DNA of 64,000 nt from positions 90,212,001 through 90,276,000 of the forward strand of contig NC_087437.1 of assembly GCF_036321535.1 (NCBI RefSeq). Reading direction: 5' to 3'. Of this stretch, positions 25,671-38,249 are shown piece by piece (the first letter of the stretch is position 1; each line of letters opens with the position of its first letter). Source of the stretch: Camelus dromedarius. Its lineage: Eukaryota. The notes under the pieces are model-generated. The model was given only the letters and a program-made list of their open reading frames with translations, was not told where the DNA came from and did not search any database. The position numbers and the translations under genes were made by a program.

Positions 25671-26529
25671 AACTAAACCTAATGTTTCCAGCCAAAAAAA
25701 AGGTATACTTTATATTCACCTCCTGAAATATTGGTAAAACAAGTAGCCTACTTAAATACTGAATTTAGTATCTGTCTAGGAAGAAACCAAAAAACAATCA
25801 AGAAAACAATAATAGTCAAGGTTGTCAATTTAATCTATCTCTGGGAAATTAGCTATGACAGAAAAAAGAATTTACTGGTAAAGTAGAAGACTGGAGGAAA
25901 TAAAACTGACTCTAACTGAGGTATCTTTAAAGGAATATACACCTAAACTGCAGCACTCAAATTTGCATCTGAATCTTATCTTTGAGATTTGCATGTGTGC
26001 ATACAGATCAGGTTAGCCTAGCTAACTTTCCATTTCACCCGTGCAATTACTTGAAATATGCATGTAATTGAATATATTACAAATTCTGCAGATGTAATTT
26101 ATATGCCAGCATAAAATTTGTGCATTTCTCCTACTTTTAAAATATAAATTAATTTAGCAATAATTATTATATATTTTAATACGTTTAAAAGTACTTACAC
26201 TCTTTTTACACTGTTTTCTTTGCAGAATATATACATTCATACATATATGTATATGTACTTAAAATGTATATATACTCACATATACACATATATATATTTA
26301 AAACAACAATTACTAACCAAAACCAAATTCAAATCATCCATGTAAATATAGAGGAAAAAGTACATTTCTAAAAGCTTACAAATGGTAATGGTTGCAGATT
26401 GCTCTACACAGAAGGCATTTTTACTTTACTTGTTGTAATTCAGTATATTCCTGTCTCTAACTAGCTGTCCTTTTTACACTACTTCAAAGTCTCACAGTGA
26501 TATTCCAAGGTAGAATGCTGTACCAGTTT

Positions 26530-26630
26530 AAGAGATGAGGAAGCCGAAGTTCAGAAAGTTTTTGTGATTTCGCAGTCTCTAACTAGCAAGAGCTTGATCT
26601 GAGATTTAAAAGCTAGGACTGATTGAATTC
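26530..26630 (-). mobile_element. MIR core fragment
   Basis: agatgaggaagccgaagttcagaaag resembles the MIR core acagatgaggaaactgaggctcagagag. Confidence 0.6.
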
Positions 26631-28029
26631 TATGCTAGTGGTAGCTTCTTTATAGTGTATCAATATAATTTTCTTCAGGAAATGTACAGGAAATAATAAT
26701 TGGAACACTTCATGCAGTCATATTCTATAATTATTAAAGTGAAATACTTAGTTCTCAACTGCCTAATAATTAATAATGGCAAATATCCAGAAGAATAAGG
26801 TCCTTGCGTATTTGGAATAAACAATCAGAAGAATGACTTTGTTATTATTTTGATGCCACAGGACTGATAAATACAAATGAATAATCTATTTTTTAAAGGA
26901 AATTGATTCTGACAAGAGAACGAGAAGAAATCTCTTGAGTGTTCAATTATTATTACTATAATTAGCAAGCCAAACAACCTCATTTCCTCATTAAGATACA
27001 AGTTAGGCAACACAGAATACGAAACTGCCTGATAAGGCTATTAAGAAAAGTGAACGTAAAATTTCTTTCATGATCAAAAATCAGGATGCATAGCCTATTC
27101 AAAGAACAATGTGTTACTTTCAGGAACAGTCATTAGTGACTAACTTGAAAAAGGAAGAGACAGGATACAGATACAGGGTATTGCCCCAGTAGTTTAAAGT
27201 TCGGAATTTGTCAAAGGATTAGATGGGAAACAATGCAACGATAATATTAACAGCAGATTTAATTAACTCCTTATTGGTTTGATTACATTTTTATTACTTA
27301 TTCAAGACGTTGCCACCAATTCAATTGAGAGCAGAACTACAGTAAATCTGAAGCTATTTGTCCCGTTAAATTCTGTCTACTCCAAAGACGTTAATCAGAA
27401 AGAGTGACTCTCAAGAAGGCTTCTAGGAATTTGGATCTTTCTGGTTTGGTTCTTTAGTGTAAATTTCTAGGACTTCAAATTACCAATGCTAAATAATAAC
27501 TAAAATATACATTCTGAAATCATAAAACTTGTTTTTTTAACCTTTTATTATATGTTAGTATAGACAATATCCCACCCATACCTCTAGCACAAAACACATG
27601 ACAATAAAGAAAAAAGTGCAATTTATACTCAGAAAGATAAGACTCAAGACTAGGCCAATTAGTAGCAATCAACTAACTTATTTGGGCTTTAGTTATCAAA
27701 TGATACTTAAGAAAATGTAGCTAAAGTGCTTTCTAGCTTCAAGACTAAAAGTTAAATGACAGCAATCTTTAGATCTTATTTGTATGTAATTTGCAACCAT
27801 AATTTAATTTTTGTACTCATTGTAAATTGTGATGCAAATTTCAGTAACTTCAGTTACTTCTCTATCCCAAGTTAAATTACCTGTGGTCATTTAGTTTTAA
27901 TTACAAAGCTTTCATCTTTACTTTTTAACTCAGTTCTAAATATGATCCACATAACTTCCTTCAGCATTGAGACAGTTTCCAGTGCCTTTCCCACTTTCCT
28001 TGCCACAATACGTCTCTCTCTGTATATGC

Positions 28030-28820
28030 TGGGTCTTGGTCCTCAGGCCACTTCTCCATCTACACTCACTGATCTCTCAGTCATCAGTTATAATCACGTG
28101 ACTTTTATACCATACATGTGCTGAAAATAGCAAAATCTGTATCTCCAGGTAGAACTCACCTCTAAATTCCAGATTCATATATTTACTATCTCCACTTGAA
28201 TATCAAATAGGATTCTTAAACCATGTTTGTCCAAACCTCAAATCTTGATTCTTCCACAGTCAATAAACAGCAGTTTTGCACTTCTAATTGCTTTCTCCAA
28301 TAACCTGGAAACCATCCCTGAACCTTCTCTCATACTCCACATTTAGGGCATCAGTAAATTCTGTCTCCACCACCCTCAAAATACAGCCAGTATCTTACTA
28401 CCATCTTATCTCAGCGCTACCTCTTTACCCCAGAAACCACCATTTTTCTCCCGAATTACTTCAGTAGCCTACAAAGTGATCCGCTTGCTTCCTCCACTGC
28501 CCTCTCTTTACTCCTCTACCTACAGTCTACATAGGACACAGCAGCCAGCTCTTTTCCCAGTGCAACATCATGTCATGCCTTTGCCTTCTGCTGCTCCCAC
28601 ACTCCTTCCCTGACTTTTCCCTCCCTCCCCCATGAGATGATTTACTACATCAATATCAATCCCCTATTCACCAGCTCAGTAGCTCTGATGATCCCAATTA
28701 GTAAAATTTGGAATCTTTTTTACCAAATCTTGAATAATGTAGGCCAACTTCTGTCTCTAAATATTATCACTTGCTGTTCTCTTTACCTGGAATGCTCCTC
28801 CCTCAGCAATCCTTATAACT
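28030..28820 (+). mobile_element. L2 LINE fragment
   Basis: aaatctgtatctccag...ttccagattcatata...catctt/ttcttaaac...gtccaaac; tgctgttctctttacctggaatgctc: typical C/T-rich L2 3' region. Confidence 0.75.
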
Positions 28821-31800
28821 TATTCTGTCAATCAGTGGGACAATGCGATTCAACCCAGTTCTCAAGAAAGAAAATTTGGGCCTTCTTGTCAAATTTTAAG
28901 TTGTCGATTCTACTCTATATAGTTAAATCATCAGATTTGAAACTTTAAAATGTATTCATCGGGTATAACCTCTCTTACATTCTGGAGTTCAATATTATTA
29001 ATCCTCTGGTCATCTTTTACTAAGCTATTACAATATCCACTTCTTCATGTACACAGACTCAACACCATTAGTAAATTATTGTCACAGCTTCAAAAGTTTG
29101 CTTTGGCAATTTTTACTGATATTTCCAGACTCCTTCTTCAGAGGCTTTGATAAGCAATTCTGCAAACTCTAGGTTATGACTTGCTCCCAAATTATTACTT
29201 GGTTGTCCTCAAATCTCTCAGTAAACCTTGTTCTAGTTCATATTAAATTGGCTCAATTTCACAATCTAAAAGCATAATGTGCATCACAGATATATTATAA
29301 ACAAATCTGAGGCAAATTATAGGATTCATTTGCTGCATGCTTTTTTCATAAAGTGTCTCACACTTTAAATATAACAAGTCACAGCATTGGTGAGAACCAC
29401 AATAAAAGACCAACTAAAGTGTAATGTTCGTCGAATGCATAAGTTAGCATATGCAAGTAATACAGCACTATAAATGCAAATATCAGATATACCAGTCTTT
29501 TAGTAAATAATGAATCTTTGTTGCTTGCTTTATGATGTGAATCTAAGAGTATCTCTATTTCTTGAAAATAACTGTTTTTTGGTGCATAGGCATAATTCAT
29601 GTGCAATCCTTACATTTACAGAATTAAACAATAAAGAATTGAATAAGTAGAATAAATTTACAGATTCTAGTATTAGAAAAATGCATCCATGAAAATGTGA
29701 AATTTCTGTGGAAATATTTTAATTTTCTATAATAGTACTACCAATATTATTAAATGTAATAATTCCAGAAAAATAAAAGTTAGAAACAAAAAGTCACATT
29801 GTAATATTAGAAATTTTTCAATTAAAAAAGTTAGACTCAAACATATTTTTAAAATATAAAATATAACAACTTGCCAAATATATCAAAGGAAATCATTATT
29901 CCATGCACATAAAATTTAACTTCCTATGTACATAAATATAAATCTCTAGTATGTACATGTTATGTACAAATCTTCACATCTGTGACTTTTTTGAGGATTT
30001 ACAGAAGAATTGTGCATGCTTTACTTATTACTGTTTTACTATGCTGGATATGTACAATATGAAATTGAAACAGAAATATTCCTATTTTGAGGTATAGTCT
30101 TAGCAGAATATGTCTGTATAATAACAGTATGTAAAAGGACTAAATAGAATAACACCTCACATTTAGTTTGTTGCAATCTATGTAGGTTTAAGTTTAAGGG
30201 AGAATTATATCTATATTTGAAGTATTTTGGCAAGCATTGACTCTGGTTTATATAACACTGTCTAGAATTTTTTTTTAATTGACAGATTTTCATATTAGAA
30301 TTGGTCAGTATTTTATAGTAAAAAAGTTTTATTCTATATATGTTGAAATATAAATTTTAAAATATGTTTCCTATATATTTCATACATGTAACATTTTAAG
30401 TATAGGTTAGCTATATTTTTAAGAATTCTTCAGGTAAATATAATTTGCCTTACTGTTGAGTAGGATTTATTTTAGGATTATTTTTTCTTCACTCACAGAA
30501 CTCTCAGAGTAATGAGATTTTATAAACAGAACGACAAACCATTTAAAGTGAGAAACGAGCAAACAGGTGTACAGCTTGTGCCTAATAGGCCTTCCCTTAG
30601 TTTCACAGTCTGATAATTTTCTTTGCATACTGCCTTGACCTGATTATTCATGACTTTTTGCATAATGAGAGAAAGCTTTTAGACATGTTGGGTATGACAT
30701 ACAAAATCTGCAGCTATTCAACCATTCTAAGAAGTCCTGTTGATTTTTTTTTAGGTAGATTTAGCAGTCAAATAATAATTTGATGCAACATGATTAAAAT
30801 GTTGAACCTATTTAGTGAGTTCTTCAAAAACACAAAGAGCTTAGTCTATTTCACTGCATCATCATATGCATAAAATTATTCTCACACTTGCTTAAATGTG
30901 TTTAAATGAGCAATTAACACAGTTTGCCACTCTTTAAAAAGTTCTCTAAAGCATATCTGACTCTATGAGATGTGTTACCTTAATCCATTATTTAAAAACA
31001 AAAATTGAAACAATATTCTAGTCACAAATATCATTTGTAAATTTGATTTTGAAATAGAAAACTTCCAGAGATAAATTTGATTAATAGGTCTTGAGAATAT
31101 TTTCTGATAACATGGCCACAATTTTAAATAATATTTGAACTGGGATGTCATTTATCTATTTGCATCTTTGTTTTTCAGAGTTATTTTTATTATTTGAGTT
31201 AGTGCTATGATATTTGCCTATATCTTTGATTTTTCAATTATCTTAAGTTACTGTGTCAAAAGTTTTAAATATTTTATGTACTCTTTACATACAATGACAA
31301 ATACATTTCTGAATGGTTGTACTAACTTATGCTCCATCCCAGATCATGGATTGAAGATTCTCTTTGGTTTTAGTTTCTTTTTACTGGACTTATTTACGAC
31401 CAGTATTTTGCTATTTCGTGTCATTTTCTTTCTTGTAATTATTTTTGATTCTACTAACTCCTTAGCTAATACTTTTCATGTGAAGTGCATAGGAGGCATA
31501 TTTCCAAAATCCTTCAATAAATATATCTTCAGTTTTGTCTAGAATTTTGTTTTTATTTTGATTGCTTTGCTAACTATGTGACACTAAACAAAAATTATTG
31601 CTTTTATTTGGAACAGAGAAAATACTTTCCTTGTTCCTTCTGTAGTACTTGCCATTGCTGGTGAAATTTTTTAATAGCAGTAAGATAATCATTCAGTTTT
31701 AGTAATCTCTTATTAAACTATCATGAAATTGGAATTTTCTTTTTATCTTTTATTTCTTTATTCCTTTCATTTTTCCTGTTTTGTTTTAATTCACATTGCT

Positions 31801-31889
31801 AAGCACTGGTGGGCCTTTTCAATCTGAAGATGTATATTCTATTTTAGTTTAGAAAAATTACCCTGGAATGTGAACACCATTATATGTGT

Positions 31890-31891
<2 letters not shown>

Positions 31892-31923
<32 letters not shown>
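31892..31923. repeat. (GT)n microsatellite
   Basis: Uninterrupted gt run. Confidence 0.97.
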
Positions 31924-31925
<2 letters not shown>

Positions 31926-32298
31926 TTCAAAATAGCATTTGTATCATATAAAAATGTAAAAAACTAACAAAACTGAAATACTAGATATATTTCCTGGGCT
32001 TTCGCTTTTGTTGATTTTTATTTGCACTCTGTTTTTCAATACAATTTATAAACTTATCCCTATTTGCAGTCTGATTATAAAGTGCTAAGTGGCAGAATAA
32101 ATACTTTGGGGAAAAAAAGAGACGCAAAGCCATGAAACTGAGTTTCATACAACATGTCTATTGGGGCAGGGGGAATGTCTGGGAAACGAAAGAGAGTAAA
32201 ATAAAGTAACAGGAAGGTTTGAGCTAAAGTTATTTTAATCATATTTGTCTTTCACTTCTTGTTTAAAGATGCATGTGAACTCAATGTAACCAAAATTC

Positions 32299-32301
<3 letters not shown>

Positions 32302-32330
<29 letters not shown>
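32302..32330. repeat. (TG)n microsatellite
   Basis: Uninterrupted tg run. Confidence 0.97.
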
Positions 32331-32332
<2 letters not shown>

Positions 32333-34349
32333 TTTTTCTCATATCCATTTCCCTCTTCTCTTCCTGCAGAACCTGCATTATACTGATGTTGGAATTTTCA
32401 TATTTATCCTCTCTCTTTCGTTTCATATTTTCTATCATTGTTCCTTTTTTGTTTTACTTTCTGGGAAATTTATTGAACCTTATGACAGGTATTAGTCTTA
32501 AATCCTGTTTATTCAATTGTTAATTTTTTTACTTTTTTAACAAACTCTGAGGATGCCAGAAGAAATTGTGAAGTTCCTATTTTCTAAATTATTTCTACTA
32601 TGTCTGTGATAAGGGGCATTCTTATTTAATCTTGGTCCCTGTTTCTATGATTCTGGCTTTCCTCCTATATGTGCTATATTAGATACCCCATATTCTATTC
32701 TTGGAATCCTCACAGGCAAATAACCTGTTTAAGACTCTATTCTCAGAAAATGCTTGGTGTTGGTTGTGATATGTGTGTGTATGTGATGGTTTAAAGGGGC
32801 TTTGAATTTATGGTTCCTGTGTTTAAAATTTCTTTGGAGTTCCCTCTTCACACTCTATTCTGATCATAGAAATTTGCACTATGTTTTTTTTTATTGCTAT
32901 TACAGTGTTTTGTATTATGATTTCCATGCACTCTTTCTTCATCATTTCACTGTTACATGCTTTCCACACTCAAGAATTTTCTTAAACATAAAAAGAAATT
33001 AACATACAGTCCAGGAAAGTTATGATTTTTATCCTTTTTAGAAACAACATTTCTAAGATTACAAAATTACCTAAGGTAGAAATAGTTTGAACTATCAAAT
33101 ATCTGAAATTAGAATTGCATTTAAAAATTTTAAGGATGTAGAATTTTTATTCTCTGTATTACTGTCAATTTTTATTTTTTCTTCAATGCCCTGAAAGTTT
33201 ACATATGTTAAAAAATTTCCTACTGCTCTACCCTAACACTTCTCACTTGGTTACACGGGGACCTTTAAAATATTCAGATATTCATTTCAGTACTCCTGAA
33301 ATTCACACTCTTAAAATGGAAATCTTAATAAACACTTTAGATGAAATTACTAATTTTATTACTAATAAAAATTGGTAATCAATAAATATTAAAGTAAGAG
33401 AAGCACTGACTTAATAAACATAATAAAAGACCTTGTCAATAAAAAGCTTAAAAATTCATAAACATGGAGAAATAAAGAAATGTTTCTTCAGGAGGATATA
33501 TAAAATTGAATCTAACAAAAGTTTAAATTTTATTTCCTCAAAAAGATATATCTAGACATTCCCATTAATAAAAAGATCAACATATACACACTGAATCTCC
33601 TTTAGAAAAAAATGATTATATCCCCTAACATAATATTTTGATGATTAATACAAGTATCAGTTGTGTATTTTCAGTTGTCAAAACCTGAAAGTGAGTAAAA
33701 GTGTCCTGGCTTGTTTGCACTGAGTGTCCCTGACTCATTATTACAGTGAATTCAGACCAATTCATTTATTTCAGTAGAAAGGTTGCCAAGAGTACAAGAC
33801 TGTCGTGAACTCTAGAATCTCATAACATATTTATAGAAGTGATTAGGGACTGGGATTTTTATGGCAGAGATTTATACTACTGAAAAGTACATGCTACATT
33901 TATGCCCCAGTAGTAAATCACCATTACTTTTTATTTATTGATTTAAATGAAAGCATATTTCCTACTCTTGACACTTCAATATAAGCCATGTTTACACACC
34001 TTGTTTGTTATTGAACAACTGTGCTATAATTATTTATTTATAAGCTATATGAATTTCCAAAATTTGATCAAATCTGCACAACTATGGTAGTGCAGTAGAA
34101 AAGTCAAGGTAGAAAAGTCAAGGTCACAGTCCAGTACTATTATATGATATTCCGTAACTGGGGTTGTAAACCTGCTCACATTAAGTCAGAAATATTTTCA
34201 ACATATAAAAGATAATCTATCAATTTATCAATCTGTAAAACATTTGTATACCTACATATATTTACAGGTATATTTACATATATCTATTTATAAAAATAAA
34301 ACATTTTGCAATGGTGCTTAAAACATTCCTACTTTTCCTAAAACTACTA

Positions 34350-34385
34350 ACACACATGCACACACACACACACACACACACACAC
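34350..34385. repeat. (CA)n microsatellite
   Basis: acacacatgcacacacaca... run. Confidence 0.95.
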
Positions 34386-36879
34386 CATCAACATCAGTCC
34401 ATTCCTGGAAATACATCTGCTTAGGAGGAGAGTCTGAGGTACTATATAAACAAAAATAACAGTATGTTTTCTAAAGCACAATGCTAGGCATACAAAGATA
34501 AAGAAGAATAAAATAATATATGTGACTTCAGAGGATTCAAGATATATTTTGGAAGAAAGGAACAGATACAAAATTTTAAAATATCAACGTAAGTAATGTA
34601 ATACTACGTGCTAAATGAGCAGGACAAGTCTTATCATGCTTTAAAATTTTAAAGGAGACACCTCCAAGGGCTCAGAAAGTAGCCTGAACTGTACTTCAGA
34701 ATGAAGGCAGAGTTCACATGGGTAGAGAGACAAGTGAGACAGCATTATGCATAATGAGTAAACAACGCTGTAGAGTTGAGAATGGGAATGGGAGAATATT
34801 TAGGAAATAATGCCCAGGTTATATTTACTGGGGAGGATAATTTATAGGTGACTGTTGGTTGAAAAGATCAATCTTAAAAAAGAAAATGATTAATATTTAG
34901 GGATTAGATACCTATTATTTTTAATTTATTAAATGTGTTAAGTAAAGTTCAAGGACAAACATATAACACAGATTTTAGAAAAGAGACTAGAATTAGTGAA
35001 ATAAAAAGGAATTTGTGGAGCCAGTGGTGGGGGAAAGGTAGTTTTCATAAAAATAGAAATAAAGAGATAAAGGAAGAATCACCAGGACTGCTACCTGTAT
35101 ATGCGCAGGAAGCAGAGTCATACACGGCCATCAATATCTTAGCTTTAGACAGTAGGAAAATAATAGAATTTTAGACCAAAAGAAGAAAGAAACAGAGTTA
35201 TTTATGAAGGAATGGTAGAGGCTCATGGGAGGCATTTATAACTCATCTAATTCTCCAACTCTAACTTTTATAAAGAATCATTTAAGTTAGAATTTAAAAA
35301 GGCAAAAATACCATACATTTAATAAATAGAAGAGTCAACTCTAGCCACAGAAAGGAGGATCTTTAATTAGGATACTGTACCACCACTTAGCATTTACTTA
35401 CATAGCATTTAATACAGTTAGTTTTACAGTATTGTTATCTTAAAATGCAGTTCAAAGTGGATGAGAACTATAAACTAGCCATTATGTTGACCAAGTTGGA
35501 AGATTCGAACTGAGAGAAGGCACAAGAAGACAAGTTACTGCTAAACATACGGGAGAAGTTACTAGGAGTCAAAGACAGAATGCATGGCCTTGAGAAATCA
35601 GGAATTCTGAAATAGTGGTTGGGTGATCAATTGACAGGGATATAATAGAAGCTATTAAATCCATGCTGTGTCGTTGATTCAAAGGACTTTTTAAAGAATC
35701 TTCCAATTGTGATTTTCAATTACACTGAAGTGCATAGTTTCAGTATAAAGACTGCTGTAGCCAGATGCCAGGATTAAGGGCTATGTAAAGTTATACAGAT
35801 ATAAACATTTTGAATGTAGTAAAGAGAAAGATTTAAGCTTAAATTAATATCAAGGTCAAAGAAAGTGTGTCTGTGTGCATGCACACACTCCTGTGTGTTT
35901 GCTTGTTTTTTTGTTTTTCTTTGTAGGAGATACTGACAAATGATTATATATCTTAACATTTCACTGTATAACATTAACACCATAAAAGTGAGATATCATT
36001 GCAAAACAAGTATCTTCATTTTTTCCTTGAAAATAGTGATCTGCTTTGACTAACTGACAAAAATGTTAGTACATGGGTCACTGCTTGACAAAGAAATTTT
36101 AAATTATTCGGAAATACCAATAATAGTCCTCATTTTTATATTATACTATAGTTCACACATCATGACCCTAAGGTTCTTTGTAATAAGTGTTACTTGTCAG
36201 AAAAATAAGTCTGCTTTATATCTACAATTCAAAAAGAAAAATAGCTTCGAAACCATGAAATCAGGGTCAATTTTATATTAATTAATTTATTTTTAAATAT
36301 ATCCTTGGCTTCAGTAAAGGAAATCAAAGATACTATGATTGTTAGCCCAGCACCTAAGAAATCACTTAGCAAATGCATGTATTAAAAGAGAACATTTGGC
36401 AAAATATGCAGTTGTAACAATTTGAGAGCAGAAGCCAGATCAACGAGAAAATGAATGGAACTGAATGCTTAATCACGATGTTCAAACCCATGCAAGGTTT
36501 TTGTGTATATATGGATTTTATATTTTCATTAAAAAGATAAAAGTGCAATCCAAAAAGATGTGCAGATTTTATATATACTTATATATGTACATATATGTGT
36601 ATATACATATAAAAAGATTTTTGTAGAAAGCAGGGACAATTATTGCAAAATAAAATAAAACTAAAATTAATCATTAAGGTAACCAAACCTGGCAAATATG
36701 GCATATACTAAATCACTCTTCAATTTATGCACTATGTAAAAGTATTTTAGAAGTTGCCTTAGGAACTTCTAAGTACCCTTTGCAATTTTTAAGTGTGCCA
36801 AATATAGAAGAAAAACATCCAATACTATCACTGGATACCAAGTTGCATATTTTCATAATTGTTCAGAAGGAATTCAATT

Positions 36880-37380
36880 AGGCAGTTTCTTAAATGAGAA
36901 TGCCCCAAGTTCCTCTTCTGTTTCAAAACCTTTGCTAGAGCTTTTAGACAAAAATAGAGTATATAAAATGACCTTAATGTGTCCCTCACTTCCTCTTCAG
37001 CCAAGTCTCTTGTCTCTTCCTCCCTGATGATCAAATTTTATAGCTAGGCTTCTTTTTCTTTCTTCATGACTCCAAGATCCTTCCCATCTCAAAGTCTTCA
37101 CAGATTCTCTGGCTGGAGTCTCTACTCAGCCCCAACTCCTAACCACTTTTACTGATGACTTTTTAAAGTTCCGCTTCTTCAGGGAAACCTTCTCAATCTC
37201 TTGAAGCAGGCTACCACTTGTCTGAAATTTATTACAACTGTAGACTTTTAAATTCATTTGCATAATTACATACTTAATTCCTGCCTCAGATACTCCATGA
37301 AATTTCACGAAGGCAAGGAATTTGTCTATTGTGTTCACTGCAATTTCCCCAGTGGCCACAGTCCTATTCACTTATTGAAA
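36880..37380 (+). mobile_element. L2 3' fragment
   Basis: cttcttcagggaaaccttctc...gaaggcaaggaatttgtctattgtgttcactgc...ccccagtg: L2 3' end motifs. Confidence 0.75.
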
Positions 37381-37526
37381 GAAAATGTAAGAATCATGTG
37401 CAACAAGTAAAAACATGTTCTATCCCATAATCCTGGCATTAGGTAGATGATCTTTGGATTACTTTCTCAGCACCTCATTTAAAAAGATTGATTAAGCCCT
37501 ATGGGGGAAAATATTAAGAATGTTGA

Positions 37527-37814
37527 AGAAACAGACTCATAGACATAGAAAACAAACTTACAGTTACCAAAGGGGAAAGGGGGGAAGTAGATAAATTAGG
37601 AGTTTGTCATTTGCAGTTACTAAGTACTATATATAAAATAGATAAACAACAAGGTCCTACTGTATAGCAGAGAGAAATATATTCAATATCTTATAATAAC
37701 CTATAATTAAAAAGAATATGAAAAAGAATATATATGTATAACTGAATCACTATGTTGTACACCGGAAACTAACAGCATTGTAAATCAGCTGTACTCTAGA
37801 AAAAAAAAAAAAAA
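37527..37814 (+). mobile_element. Short L1 3'UTR fragment (cetartiodactyl type) with poly(A)
   Basis: gaaacagactcatagacatagaaaacaaactta...ataaacaacaaggtcctactgtatagca...gaatcactatgttgtacaccggaaactaaca, followed by an A run. Confidence 0.92.
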
Positions 37815-37829
37815 GACTCTAATGAAATA

Positions 37830-37960
37830 CTGTGTACATGACCTGGGTCTAAGACCCAGTTCTGCCATTTACAAGCTGAATGATCTAAGAAAATACTTTA
37901 ATGTTACTTGGATTGTTTTTTTAATCTTAGAATGGAGATGAAACTTAACATCTGAGATGA
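37830..37960 (+). mobile_element. MIR fragment
   Basis: gacctgggtctaagacccagttctgccatttacaagctg. Confidence 0.7.
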
Positions 37961-38249
37961 AACAAAAGCAGTTACTAAAACACTGTACTAAGACATATAT
38001 GCCTGAAACATTTTCAAGTGAAGTTAAAGCCAGCGTGACTTTCTTGTTTGCAATATCCAATTAAGAACTATGCTTATAGTTCCTTTACCTTCTTTCTTTA
38101 CTGAGTCTTGGCTCTCACCCGAAGACAAGTCTTTCCCTGAGGTTCTCTAACAGCAGTTTCCTCTTTCAAAATCCTGTCACTGTGCCTGGAGGTGGGCGTG
38201 TGCTCTACCTGGCACTTCCAAAGGACTCCTCGGTGTCAAGAATCCCACA

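Larger units (their letters stand above)
31450..32700 (-). mobile_element. Ancient L1M/HAL1-type ORF1 fragment, interrupted at ~31870-32295
   Basis: gcactggtgggccttttcaatctgaag...gaaaaatt, resuming at tccatttccctcttctcttcctgcagaacc...gatgttgg; antisense old-L1 motifs. Confidence 0.6.

Noticed and set aside
36568..36610. Palindromic TA-rich stretch as a functional hairpin
   Set aside because: Self-complementarity is inherent to (TA)n/(TACA)n low-complexity sequence; the same applies to ~26225-26300 and ~50060-50160.
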